Notes: generated by a model not told the origin, from the letters alone. 64,000 nucleotides of DNA from Utricularia gibba (GCA_002189035.1 NEEC01000012.1:1798001-1862000); one strand, 5' to 3'. Shown: positions 12,706 through 30,484, numbered from the stretch's first letter. Made by a program: numbers and translations.

Positions 12706-13262
12706 AAAATTGTATCTCCAAAGTAAAATACAAAGCTTATTGTACTTCTTGAGTCATCTTTATATCCTACCCAATCACTATCAGTATACTCATATAACTT
12801 GGGCGAATTAGACTTAGAAAACCATAGTTCAAAATCCAAAGTGCTTTTGAGGTATCTGAGTATTCTCTTCAATGCCTTCATATGTATCTTAGTAGGAGAA
12901 GCATTATACCTACTCACCACACCAACTCCATAAGCAATATTTGGACAAGTATTCACGAAGTACCTCAAACTCCCTACCAAGCTTCTATATTCAGTAATAT
13001 CAATAGTATTAGAACCATCTTCCTTTGAGAGTTTCAATCCCATTTCAACAGGTGTTACCACAGGATTGCAGTGCAGCATCTTAGAACTCTAAAGAAGTTC
13101 TTTTGTAGATTTACTATGTCCCATGAATATGCCATCTTCTCTTTGATCCACTTCGATTCCAAGGTAGTAGTTCATCAACCCAAGATCTGGCATCTCAAAA
13201 GTATGTTTCATACTTCTTTAAATTCTTTAATCCCTCCAAATTTGATCCAGTAATAATAATAT

Positions 13263-13788
13263 TATTAAGGGCGAAAATCGATGTGCCGGACTAGACCGAT
13301 TTTCGTGTTGCAAGTGGTGTCGTTTTCCTTTTTTGTTGTCTATTCGGTGTGGTTGGATGGAGTGGAAGTAGGCGGGGATTTTTTACGTGGAAACCACCGT
13401 GAGGCGGAAAAACCACAGAGCTATCGGAGCTCGCCGGAGAAAGTTTTTACTAGATGGAGATGGTGAAGAAAGATACATGTTAGGAGCCTTGAGATTCAAT
13501 CCCCCTTTTTCCCCCCTTCTTATGGCTCCTTTTATTTATAGGGAGGCTTGCCTAGCCGATTCTTTCCCCCTGCGGGTGTCGGTTACTTTTGTGCCTGCTA
13601 TGCGACCTTGCTTTTCAAATATCGTACGCCTGTTCTGCCATAATTCGGCTGCTTTTCAAACTGTGTCAGACGACCATCGCTGTCAATATTTCTACCACAT
13701 ACCGGCCTGTCGACTGGCGTTATCCTGTCCAAGTTCCTTTTGGCAGCTTTTCAAAAGCCGATCACCCCCAGCCGATTTACACCCATCA
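13263..13788 (-). mobile_element. 526-bp solo-LTR-like insertion in the RT
   Basis: Starts TGATGGG on the minus strand, contains ccctataaata, and is flanked by a 5-bp duplication (aatat at 13258-13262 and 13789-13793). Removing it restores YVDDIIITGSN. The far terminus is degenerate. Confidence 0.72.
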
Positions 13789-15530
13789 AATATCATCAAC
13801 GTAAATGCAAACAATAATGCATTTTTCAGGTTCACGAAACTTCACATACAGGGCATGCTCATGAGGACAATGAATAAATTTCAGCTTCTCGAAAAATAGA
13901 GTCTAATCGAATGTTCCATGCTCTTGGTGCTTGTTTAAGGCCATATAATGCCTTGTTGAGTTTAAGCACCATATCCTCATTTCCTTCTTTGATATAGCTA
14001 GTTGGTTGATCAATAAAAACCTCTTCATTTAGAATTCCATTTAAGAAAGCAATCTTCACATCCATTTGATATATTTTCCATCCAAATTGGCCTGCCAATG
14101 CAACAATAAGTTTTACTGTTTCAACTCTTGCAACTGGTGCAAAAACTTCATCATAATCCACTCATTCCTTTTGATTATACCCCTTTGCAACCAATCTAGC
14201 CTTGTAACGTTCAATAGTGCCATCAACCTTCCTTTTAATCTTGAATATCCATTTAACTCCAATCACATCTCTATTTGCAGGCTTATTAACCAATCTCCAA
14301 GTATTTTTTTTCTCGATAGATTATTTCATCATCCATCGTCTTTTTCCATTCATCAGAAGTATACTAGTGATTCTTCATATTTGGACTCAGAGTGCTTCTC
14401 CACATACCGAAGTAGAAGTAATGATGATACAGAATGGTCAATTCTCTCATGAAAAAGGTATGGCGATATTTGTTTCAACCAATTCTAGGTGTCTGAAACC
14501 TGTCAGCTCTTTTCTGTGAAATGGAAAGGAGAAAGCGAAATGATCTTCATAAAGGTGAATTTGGGCATGATCAAGAAGATGATAGTCCTTTGCCTAGGAC
14601 CGTCAATAATTATAAGAATTGTGGTATAGTAGGATCAGTTCACTATCCTCATAACACCGATGCTGAAATTTCGAAATCTAGTCACGGCCATGCATCTGGT
14701 AATGACTCTAATGAAGATGCCGGGAATCCTATCATCACTACCTCGGGAGAGGATGATATGGAATTGTAGGCAACGAAGAATTTCGGAAGTGCAAGTCTGA
14801 TTTCTCAACTTTCCAAAAGTGTCAACAGACAAACTATGCAGAAGGGTGCAGACCAAAGGATGGCTCCCAGTTTGAGTAGAAAACCATAACTGTGATGCGG
14901 GGCGGAGAGATGGTGGAGGTATGATACCCCATCCATGCTCCCTGTGTTTTGTTTATGCTGTTTTGCTAATTCTTCCTTCTGATTCATTCCCAAAACAATG
15001 CGAGCGTTAACAGCAAGACCATAACCTAAGCTCACTTGTAGAGGACTACCATCTTACACCCATCAGCCTGAATGTGTGAGGTTTCACCCCACAAAAGGCT
15101 TGAAGGAAAGGAATTTGACAAATCCCATATCCAATCATGGGCGGAAGAGAGTATGAGATTGAATAGTAATGATCGTGCAAAATTTAGTATTGAGTAGGAG
15201 TCACACTTTGGGAAGTTGGAGGAAATGTGAGAAAAATATAAAATAATAATAATTAATTATTCAAAACAGATAATATCATATTAGATGTATATAGATTATC
15301 TAGAAAGTATTGAGAGTAAATTATTATTTTTTTTAATTACTGCAAAATCAATATATTTTTTCATTTTAAAATAATTTATAATTGTATTAACAAATAATTT
15401 TCAAAATGGATTATTGTGACAATAGGAAACATATAGAAGACCGGGTAAAACCTTTCAGCCATTTTATATTTCAGTTACGATAATATTTTTAAAGAGTAGA
15501 AGAAAGTAATTTAACCATTGGTGTTTTTAC

Positions 15531-15660
15531 CCAATGATTAACAGCCACGTGTAATGCATGACAATGTTTTTGACGTGGCGCAAGCTCATTGGCCCACATC
15601 GATTTTGCCTTTAGGTTGGTTCTCTACTAGCGTTTTCTCAAGCCCCCCTCGCTATATATT
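15531..15660 (+). promoter_or_regulatory. Calreticulin proximal promoter with ER-stress elements and TATA box
   Basis: CCAAT-N9-CCACG at 15531-15549, TGACGTGG at 15571-15578, ATTGGCCCACA at 15588-15598, ctatatatt at about 15652-15660. Confidence 0.8.
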
Positions 15661-15699
15661 CAACCTCGCACGAACTTTGGTCGATTCTCGAGCACAGCC

Positions 15700-18557
15700 A
15701 TGGCGACTTCTCAGAGGAGATTGCAGTTCCTGATCTCTGTTGCTGTTATTCTCTCTCTCTTTCTGGATGTATCCTTCGCTAAAGTGTTCTTCGAGGAGCG
15801 TTTCGGTGGTAAGTGTTTTTTGTTCAATGCCTGCGTTGAATTACCGCTGTTTCGAGGGGTTTAGCTGTCGATCATTGTATGAAATGAACTCATATTTTAA
15901 CAGATCTACAATTGGATGTAGTGGTAACTGGTTGCTAGTATTAGCATGGTGTCAATGTTGTGCTTTATCGTTTTTTGATAGATGGAATGCGCGCAACCGG
16001 CTTGAGGTGACCTTGTATGGTCGATTCTTGCTGGAAGGCTCATTTCTCTTATCGAATGATTGCGACATGGAGCTCATTTTCATGAATGTTGTTAGTAGTT
16101 TTGTTTTCATTAATAGACTTGGACCACTTGTTGTGTAGCTGGTTGGGAGGATCGGTGGGTTAAATCTGAATGGAAGAAAGATGAGAGCATGGCTGGTGAA
16201 TGGAATTATACATCCGGCAAGTGGAATGGAGATCCTGAAGACAAAGGTAAGTTTGTCATGCGTTCTCTAATGTGGTTAAAGTTCATATTTTATTTGATGG
16301 GTATCACAGTCAGCGTGATTTGGGAAAAATAATTTTGTTGTTGATTTTCTTACATTATTTCATTATATATCTAGGCATCCAGACAAGTGAAGATTACAGA
16401 TTCTATGCTATCTCTGCTGAGTTTCCGGAATTCAGCAACAAGGATGGGACCCTAGTTTTCCAATTCTCTGTAAAGCATGAGCAGAAGCTGGATTGTGGTG
16501 GAGGATACATGAAGTTGCTCAGTGGCGAAATCGACCAGAAAAGTTTTGGTGGCCAAACCCCGTACAGGTTTGGTATCCTGTTCACTTCTTGGTTATTAAT
16601 TGTACTGAAGGACATAACTGATACATTTTCTTATGGATGAATGCAGTATCATGTTTGGACCGGATATTTGTGGCTACAGCACCAAAAAGGTCCATGCTAT
16701 ACTGACTTACAATGGTACAAACCATCTGATCAAGAAGGATGTTCCTTGTGAGACTGACCAGCTGACGCATGTTTATACATTCATCCTTCGCCCTGATGCT
16801 ACATACACTATCTTAATTGACAATGTTGAAAAGCAATCTGGTAGCTTGTATGCTGACTGGGATATGCTTCCTCCTAAACAAATAAAGGATCCGGAGGCTA
16901 AAAAGGTACCAAGCCTTTTTACTTAACAATCGTATGTGGAATTCCATTCTATCCATTCTTATACATTGAATGATTCTGTGTGAAATTTGATATGGTAGCC
17001 TGAAGATTGGGATGATAAAGAGTTCATACCCGATCCCGAGGACAAGAAGCCCGAGGTAAAATGAAGACATTCCCTAAACGTGTTCGTATACTTTTTGGAA
17101 AATAACCCATCAATTCTCTGTAGGGCTACGATGACATACCAAAGGAGATTCCAGATGCTGATGCCAAGAAGGTATCGTAGCTGCAAGAAACTGATCTGTT
17201 ATCCAAATTAAAATTTTAAACCAGTTTTGAAAATTGTTTCATTCTATTGCAGCCCGAGGACTGGGATGATGAAGAGGATGGTGAGTGGACTGCTCCAACT
17301 ATTCCTAACCCTGAATACAAGGGACCCTGGAAGCAAAAGGTTGTCCTGATCTCTTTTTATTTCCCATCTCATTCTCACCAACTGCAGCCAGGGAATTTTT
17401 ACAGTATTTATATCCTTAACTTTTCAGAAAATTAAGAATCCCAACTACAGCGGCAAGTGGAAAGCACCCTTGATCGACAACCCAGGTACTTGTTTTATCC
17501 TTATGCTTCTTTTACTGGCTCTTCTAAGAAAATGAAAATGTTATCCTTATTGTTTACGCATGACCAGTGCAAGTTGTTAGATTCATCGTTTTTTGGGCAA
17601 TCCTCAACAAAAAGAAACGACATCCAATGATGATTTCAAGTCTTGAAGTAGAATAGACGTCAACAGCAATTATCATACTCGTGTTCTAAAAAGGAAAAAT
17701 GATTATGCTTGTGTTGGAAGAAAAATTACTTCTGCTCAAGGCATGTGCTTTGGTGGACCAACTATTCACATGACAATTTTATAAATGCAGACTTCAAGGA
17801 CGACCCTGACCTTTACGTTTTCCCGAGTTTGAAGTATGTTGGCGTTGAGTTATGGCAGGTGAGCTGCCTCTATATCCATTCAATTCCCTTTCAATTTCGA
17901 TGTTCAATTGGTTACCTAAGCGCTTGGTCCCCGTTCAGGTGAAATCTGGAACCTTGTTTGACAATGTTGTGGTGACTGATGATCCCGAGCATGCTAAGAA
18001 GCTTGCCGAGGAAACATGGGGCAAGCACAAGGATGTATGTATATGCTTGTTATATTACAGTTTCACTCTTTCCCCTTTGGTTGTTTTCAAATTCGCTAAC
18101 TGATATAAATGATCCATACTCCAGGCCGAGAAGGCTGCTTTCGATGAGGCAGAAAAGAAGAGAGAAGAGGAGGTATGAAGAGCTCAACTTGGAACCATTA
18201 TCGTTGTTTAACTGCTTCCCCTAGACTTCATCATGCTAATTAACATGAGCACAAACTCTCCCTTTGCAGGAGGCCAAGGATGATCCCATAGATTCTGACG
18301 TAAGAGCTTAATTCTTCTAATCAGAGTCTTGCTTCACAGAGACCATGACTGCCGATTTATTCTGTTTCAGGCCGATGACGATGAGGCGGACGATGATGCC
18401 TCCGATGAAGCTGAAGACGTTACCAAAACTGAATCGTCAAACGATGAGCATGACCATGTAAGGGGAGCTCTAGTTTCTTGAGTGGGTCTTAGAATGGAAT
18501 GGAGCCTTCAGATGCTGATTGTACTTCCATGAATGTGCTATGCAGGACGAGCTATAG
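15700..18557 (+). CDS. CRT: Calreticulin (CRT1/CRT2 type), multi-exon
   Basis: Signal peptide then [56 protein letters not shown]-domain repeats [12 protein letters not shown], an acidic tail and spliced C-terminal HDEL*. Confidence 0.97.
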
Positions 18558-18762
18558 GATCGGATGATGACTCTCAAGAATTCCCTTCTTACGGAGAGGA
18601 TGAGACATATGGTGCAGTTTAATAGCCGGATCCAACAATTCGAGCCCTAGCTGTTTTTCCCAACTGTAACTGCATGAAAAATACCTCCCTCCTACCTTCC
18701 ATGTAGTTTCTATTGGACCAGGGTGCAGTAGACACTAGTCTACCCTTAATTCACCAGATAAT

Positions 18763-20898
18763 TTATTCAGCCTTCTTTCTACCTCTAATGCATGCCCAAT
18801 CGTCGATCATTGATACATTCACATCCTCCAGCAACGGCGAGTACCGCTCCACCACCTTCGGAACCTATTTGAATAGAAAGAAAAAGAGAAGTCGAACTAC
18901 ACGGAGCTGAATTTAAGAATCAAAACTACTTTTCTAATAATGCTTCTAAAAAGTTAAAAACTAGCATTTCATAATTTTTTAAAAAATAAGAAAAATAGAA
19001 GTGCTTGATAATGAAAATGTTTTAGAGCATTTCTCCTTTAAAAGAAATTATTCTAAACAGAGTTTAAGATGCACATACGATCGGCATTGTTTGTAAAAAT
19101 AATAAAAGCTGAACTTTTTAACTTCTCTCGGGCAGACAAGCCAAAGAGGGGACATGCAAATGGGGGAAAAGGTAAACGCACCTGTTCAGAGATGATTCCA
19201 GAAACACAGACGATACCGTTGGGCTTTGCATATGAGACGATATGGTCTGCCAAGTCTAGCAGCGGGTGTTGTAATATGTTTGCGATGACTACGTCGTATA
19301 TGCTTTTCTGGGAAACAAGCTTCGCATCATACAAACAGGCAGCATTGCCGAAGTGATGATCGTGGGTGCTGGGAACAAGGGTGGCAAGCAGTTCCCCTGG
19401 TTCAATGCTGTTTAGAGTGGCGTTGGAGCGTACTGCTGCTATAGCTTGTGGCTCTATATCAAATCCAACAGAAACTGCAGCACCAAACTATCAACAAAGC
19501 AGAAATTTTAGAAGAACACACTGCAGTTCTGTATGATGTATCAGTCTAATTGACCTGAGACAATCATCGTTGGCGGAAATGGAACGTGGAATACCTTGAA
19601 CATTTCATTATCAAACTCTGTATCATTCTACTTAACTTTATAGTGCAGAATAAGTTCATATAATAGCACATAATAATCGAACTTGAAAGATGGTAGTGCT
19701 GAAGGTGAATTAAAAATATCACCTTCAAAGCCGCAATAGCAAGTACTCCTGAACCCGTGCCGTAGTCTAGAAAACGTTCGCCTCCCTTGATCAGTCTATG
19801 CAGCTCCAATAAACACAACTTTGTTGTCGGATGTTCCCCTGTTCCGAATGCCAAGCCGGGATTCAGAATAATGTTTATTGCTGCTTCAGGTTCCTACGAG
19901 ACCATGAATACACAATCCAATAACATATCAATAGTTCAAGCGGCAAAAAAAAAGTTTAATCAACGAGACAAATTCTTACAGGGGGTTCCCTCCATTCAGG
20001 GACAATCCAAAGTCCCTCGAAAATCTTTACAGGATGAAAGGAGTCCTGCATTTGATACAAAATAACACGTTTGCACTGTTATGGTATCTTTCGTCTAGAC
20101 CTTGGGGAACTGCTTATGCTTCTCTTTGTTTTCTTTATCATGACAAAATGCGCAAAGAATCCACTCTCTCACAATTCAGATATTTCCAAACACACGTAAC
20201 CTGTGTTTTTCTGATCCAGTCAGTGTGGTCAAGCATCCTGACTTCAAAATTCGGCATCTGCTCCAATCCAACTGAATTTGCAGCTCGTAATATACAATCT
20301 TTAACATCCACATCTACGTCAAATATTGAGCTGATCCATATCTACGAATCAACGTTCGTGACAAAAGCATGAAGTAAATCAAGTTAGAAATCTCAATAGA
20401 GGTAAACAAAAAGACGTATATCCACGCGAAGAATGCCGTTTCTTTTTTCTCATCTACCTCTTCACTATCATCTTGGCTGTCAAGCCCATCAACAGTCGCA
20501 GAGCTAGCTCCAAAGCATATAAGACACTCCGATAACCTATCCTGTTAAGCAAATTGACTTCAAGAAACGCATTATGAATTACTCACGAAAGAACACATCG
20601 ATCTTACAGCAGCATTTCTTGGACAGCAAATGCGAACGGCGAGGTAAGGAGAAGTGATTGAAACATCATAAGTTGAGGTAAAGCTGTTAGCGGAATGAGA
20701 AGAATAGGCCGCTGGCGTAATCTTTTTCTCCGGTAGCTGCGGTTGCGGCTGCTGCTGCAGCTCTGGCCTCGGCGCGGAAGAGAAGGAGAATGGATTCAGG
20801 TTGGTGCCGCGATGTAAGGAGAAGAAACGCACGCCGGTAGCCCGGGACGCCAGATGCTTGAAGAAATGGCCGCGAAAAGAAGACCGCGGCAACGACAT
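18763..20898 (-). CDS. PRMA: Ribosomal protein L11 methyltransferase (PrmA-like) with probable organellar transit peptide
   Basis: [32 protein letters not shown] (SAM motif I), [21 protein letters not shown]; last exon [21 protein letters not shown]. Confidence 0.92.
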
Positions 20899-21867
20899 CT
20901 CCCAAAAACAACCAAAACAAGATGCACGGCCGCTATCGAACAAATGAACCACTTATTTAAATTTTAAATTTTATATATTATTTATTCACACATAAAATGA
21001 AAGTGTAAAATTTGTCATAGAATTATAGTGAATATAAAGAATTTAAACTTTAAGTTTTAAAATTATGTTATAAGTACCTTAATTTACTTTTTTTGTTAAA
21101 TAATTTGATTTCAAACTTATAAAATTATATATTTAACTTCTTATGTTATTAAAACTAATTAATTTAAATTTTAATATCATTATAACAATACATCATTATA
21201 AATAGTATCTATAATTTTCATTATTCATACTAAGATGGTCTTACACTCACCGAATTCCAAATATCATGAAACACAAATATAATATAACCTTAATAGAGAT
21301 ATCATTCAATTTGTCGAATTCTAAACACGAATGCAAAAAGATCTAACACAAATTTTTTTTGAATTTAAAATCAGATATGGTTTATGATACCATGAATCAA
21401 TTCAATTTTTAAAAATTTTAAAAATAATTTAAGTTTTCTTTACATAGTTTTGAATATTTTAATTTTTTTTATAATTTTAAAACTGAAAATTCAAATCTTT
21501 ATATTTAATGAAGTGTTTTTATTGCAACTTTCTCGAAAATTAAACGTAACTAACGAGGTAACATCACTTGACAAATGAACCAAATTGAAACACTTTTCAC
21601 CATGTGCTGCTGGCATTCTCCAACCACGAAGTTGCAGTTTCACCTTCGCAGTAAAATCCAATTAACATAATCCGAATTACCCAACAACACTAATAAGGGA
21701 ATAAGCGGGAATCCTGTTAAGCATACAATGCTCTTTGCAAATGAAGCGCAGTCCAGACATCGCAGATGATGCGAAGTGGTAACAACTGCCTGGTAAGATG
21801 CTGTCAATTTGGTCTCTACAGTTCTCAGGCTGCTTACAAAACTGATAAAAGGAGGAGATGAGACCCC

Positions 21868-23977
21868 TTAGAACCCGAAGAACCCAAGCTCGCTAGCCTT
21901 TTCCTTCTCAAAGGTCTCGAAGTACTGATAGATGATGGTAACAGCTAGAAGAATTCCTGTCCCGGAACCGATTGCGCCCATGAGATCAGCCAGAACGGTG
22001 AGTGCACCAATGCACATACCTCCGAAGGCCGCTGCGGTTGGGATGTAGCGGTTCAATTCTTTCTGTAAGTTTGATTCTCTATGTCCGGGCATTACCATTT
22101 GTTGTTCCTGAAAATGTTCAAGACTTGAAGAGGTTGTCAAAATGGAAAATATGGATGTCAGAGAAAAAATATGAACAAACCTTGAGCTGCTTGGCGACAT
22201 CCTTGGCGGACGACCCTGAAACTTCAATCCATGTTTTGGAGAACAAAGCACAAGCGGATAGCATGAAGACGATGTAAAATAGTCCATGGAAGGGATTGGC
22301 CCATAAGTCAGACAAACTACATGATGACAGGTGATAACACAGAGTTAGTCAAGCCAAACTCAAGCATCCATCAACTATACCACTAAACACCCTCTTGAAA
22401 AATCGACATAGTTATCTCAAATCATTTCAAAGGACGAAAGGGAATAATGCTAAAAAAACCCAAAATCCATCAATTATATCACCAAACACCCTCTTGAAAA
22501 ATCACTAGGAATAAGGTAGTAATTGAGCAAAGTAAATTGCCTTGATGGAGCAGTTATATAGTAAGCAAGGCCTCCAACAGGAATAGATTGACCAGAGTAT
22601 TCAGATTCCTTCCATTTTCCCAGGAGGTTCACAAGAAAGTTTCCGCTGTATTTCCTGTACAACAACTGTTTTTTCCACCAAAAAAATTAAAAAATTAACA
22701 CTACACAGCTTGAAAAAATAAGCCTGCAGGCTCAGATGAAAAATTACCTGGGAAATGAAATAAAGATTGGTGACAAGCGCCGACTGAAGAATAATGGGCA
22801 TGTTGGATGTATAGAATAGCTTAATAGGATATGAACCTTGCTGTCCACGGGCATTCTTAGACCTCACAGGCAAAACAACCCGGAAACCTTGGAAATAAAT
22901 GACTATAAGGAAGACCAAGACTGTAGCAAGCAAGTTGGTAACATTTGGAAGATTTTGCCGATAAAATGCTTCTCGCAAAGCACGGACTTTGTCTGTACGA
23001 GTTATAAGTAGGTGGAATAAAGCAATAACAGCGCCTTCAAATTCAGCACCTCGACCACTGTTGACAGTCGTTGGACTGAATGCCTTCCATATGATGTTTT
23101 CACTGAAACATAAAACCTGCATCTGCTTAGAATTTACCTTATCTTGTTGGATTCAAGAGAATATTTGTTACTTACCAAATGTTGGTTGCAATGAAAAGTG
23201 AAATTCCAGACCCAAGGCCATAACCTTTCTGAAGAAGTTCATCCAGGCAAATTACTATGATGCCGGCAAAACACAATTGCAAAATGATAAGGATTGCATT
23301 GCCAACTCCAAGTTGGCCAACACTTCCGTACATTCCAGAGAGAACATATGCAACAGCTTCACCAACAGCTATCAAGATTCCTAACAGCTTCTGAGCCCCA
23401 TTGCTGGCCAAGGAAAATGAACAAGCACTGTTAGAACAGCAGAAGAATGGTGCCTAAAATGAACATGACCAAAAATGAGATAAAATTAGCACACTATCAA
23501 TGTGCGAAAAAATTTGAAACAATGTCTCAATGTGCGAAAAAATTAATGGTCACACCAGATCTGGCAGTAAACCAATGCAAAACTTCTTTTGGACCATGCC
23601 AACTTAAATTAAAAACTTTTTCCAATAACTTACAGAAGCGCACGGTCCTCGCGCACATTGTTGTCAACCTCAATTATCTTTGAGCCAGCTAAAAGCTGCA
23701 TGACCAATCCAGATGTAACTATTGGAGTGATACCAAGCTCCATCACAGTTCCCCTGTTGGAGGCAAGAATAACACGCATCCAGTAGAAGGGATCTGCCCC
23801 GGTTGTTGAGTGGATTCCATACAGTGGAAGCTGACTGCAAACCAGGAAAATGAAGAGGGATATCACGGTGTATATGACTTTCTCCCTAAATGGAACTTTC
23901 CTATCAGCACTCTGGACCTCAGGCAAAAATGAGAGGAAAGGGCGGACTAAATGGAGTACACGAAATCCTCCTCCCAT
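21868..23977 (-). CDS. SEC61A: Protein transport protein Sec61 alpha subunit
   Basis: [98 protein letters not shown]. Confidence 0.98.
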
Positions 23978-25305
23978 TATCTGTTTATCTTACACGCTGC
24001 AAAAGAAAAAATGAATATAGTCACTGAACCTCAGATACAGAAAGAAAACATAGACTAACGTACAGATTTCAGGGCTTTTAACCTTCCAAAGTTAGAAAAT
24101 TTTAAAATTCGCATAACCCCGAACCTTGGTTACCATATTGCAAAACATCTCTCAACAGCCAACGACAAATGAAGAGCTACAGCATTCTAAGCAGTAACAT
24201 TAAAACTAAAAGGAAGAAAAACAATCAACCATCACAGGTCACACGAAATATGACATTATTACCCAACAAACATGCACCCAAGTCACGGACGAATCGGGGG
24301 AAAATACTTCATTATACAGTAGATCTGAAAACGACGATCATGCTAATCACCGAAGAATTGGAAAACAAAATCACGTCAAATGATAATCGCCCAATTACGC
24401 TAATGATGCAGCAAACAATATAGCCATGAAAAAACATACCACCGGAACCCCAGGATCTGAAGCGGAGAATTCAATGGAGGGCACAACCTTCGTGGCGTTG
24501 ACTAAATAGAAGCTGGAAGCTGGAATAGCTCAAGGCCCATACTGTCTGGGGCCCACCTTCCGGCCGGCCCGGCCCGTATTTGTGGTATGAACGCAGGAAA
24601 AGTCGTTAAATACCGCGATGGAAATGAGAAGTCAGACGCGTTGCAGACGTGTTTCTTATTGGGCCTTCGCAAATTTATTCGACAATGAAGCCCATTAAGA
24701 GTCGAAATTGGGCCTTGGCAACCGTTCTGAGATTCTGTGTACATCGTGTCTCAATGATTCCATCGAGTCAAGACACGGGTTCCCGGCTGGAGAACATCAC
24801 GAGTTCTGTGTCCGCTACATCGACGTTTCGCTCGTTTCGTCTAAAACCGCCCAGAGGAAGATACCCATGTTAGCGTGCGGAAAGATGGGTCCGCAAGCAG
24901 TCATGTATGCGTAATTCCACATTTGGTGGCCGGTTTTCATATAAGGTTTGGGAATCTGCAATGTCGGGAAGAAGTGCCGCTTTACTCGTTGGAAATTTTG
25001 CTCTTTGGATTTGAAAGGTGAGGGAGGAGATTGCTTTGTCTCGGGGAATGGAATTGTCAGAGAAATTCATTGAAAAGCTTGTGGTTTCAGAAGATTAAGA
25101 TTACCTGTTTCTAATATCGTAAGTGGATTGCATTTCCAATCAGCAGTTACTGCATTATTTCATCCAAGTTTTTTGGATCTATTCTGTTGCTTAGATTCTA
25201 TTGATTGGCCTTGGTGTTATTGGTTTCGACATATTTGGGTGGTTGTGCAAATAAAGGTTTCCTTTGATGATGTTGCGATTTGTAGTTCCCCGTTAAAAGA
25301 GCGTG

Positions 25306-29990
<4,685 letters not shown>

Positions 29991-30341
29991 AGAATGACTG
30001 AGGTGCCACATTATTCTTTTTTTTTGTTGGGTTCAATCCCTCCTCCCTTTTGAGTGTGAATGAGTTGATGTAGATATAGCAAGAGAGTGTGGAACCGCAG
30101 CTGACTACTACTTTGTATAACCTTTTTCCCCCTAGATTTATTATTTGTATTGCTATTTTTTGAAACAAAAAAAACATACAGGCGACAGTTTTGTGGATTA
30201 ATCAAATACTAACCATTGCTTCAGACAACCGGATTGACAAAAAAAATAGTAATTTTCTACTCCAACGTGTCAGTTCACGAGTGGCCGCTACCAATAGTGC
30301 GTGGCACGGTTGGTGAAAATGGTTGAGCAAGGTGGCGCCAA

Positions 30342-30381
30342 CACGTGTGGGATATACAGAAATGAGGGATGTGTACGTGGC
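30342..30381 (+). promoter_or_regulatory. G-box and ABRE pair upstream of the PP2C
   Basis: CACGTG at 30342-30347 and ACGTGGC at 30375-30381, 100-140 bp before the ATG. Confidence 0.55.
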
Positions 30382-30484
30382 GCCACCTGGTGCTTGCGCA
30401 ATACCGTTCTTTCAAATTCGTCTCCTTCGGCAGACACCCATCATTTTTCTTCCGTATTTGACGCCGCTGGTACTTGTTTCGATC

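Larger units (their letters stand above)
9971..14455 (-). mobile_element. Decayed Ty1/Copia retrotransposon in permuted order RT - LTR - PBS - gag - PR - INT
   Basis: RT: VIGVKWIFKIK, DYDEVFAPVARVETVK, QMDVKIAFLNG, ALYGLKQAPRAW, YVDD, YRSLVGSLRY. Gag: LTKENYENYSVRM and a CxxCxxxxHxxxxC-like knuckle. Protease: WYLDYGASSHM. Integrase: WLWHLRFGY, LLVDDYSRKMWIY, TPQQNGVVE, FIGY..YRLF..DMVFDE. Many stops and frameshifts. Confidence 0.93.
9313..14880 (+). pseudogene. Possible unidentified gene relic split by the Copia block
   Basis: Site II motifs near 9202-9240, exon-like pieces with plausible splice sites at about 9313-9350, 9580-9710 and 9743-9777, and a further coding-like block after a ttctag acceptor at about 14493 (ORF 14521-14769). 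Frames are broken and I recognise no family. Confidence 0.25.

Noticed and set aside
15592-15601. cccacatcg resembling the snRNA upstream sequence element
   Set aside because: Lacks the leading T, overlaps the ERSE-II-like site, and no snRNA follows.
15700-23977. Calreticulin and SEC61A as an ER functional gene cluster
   Set aside because: They are on opposite strands with PrmA between them, and two ER genes in a dense region are expected by chance.
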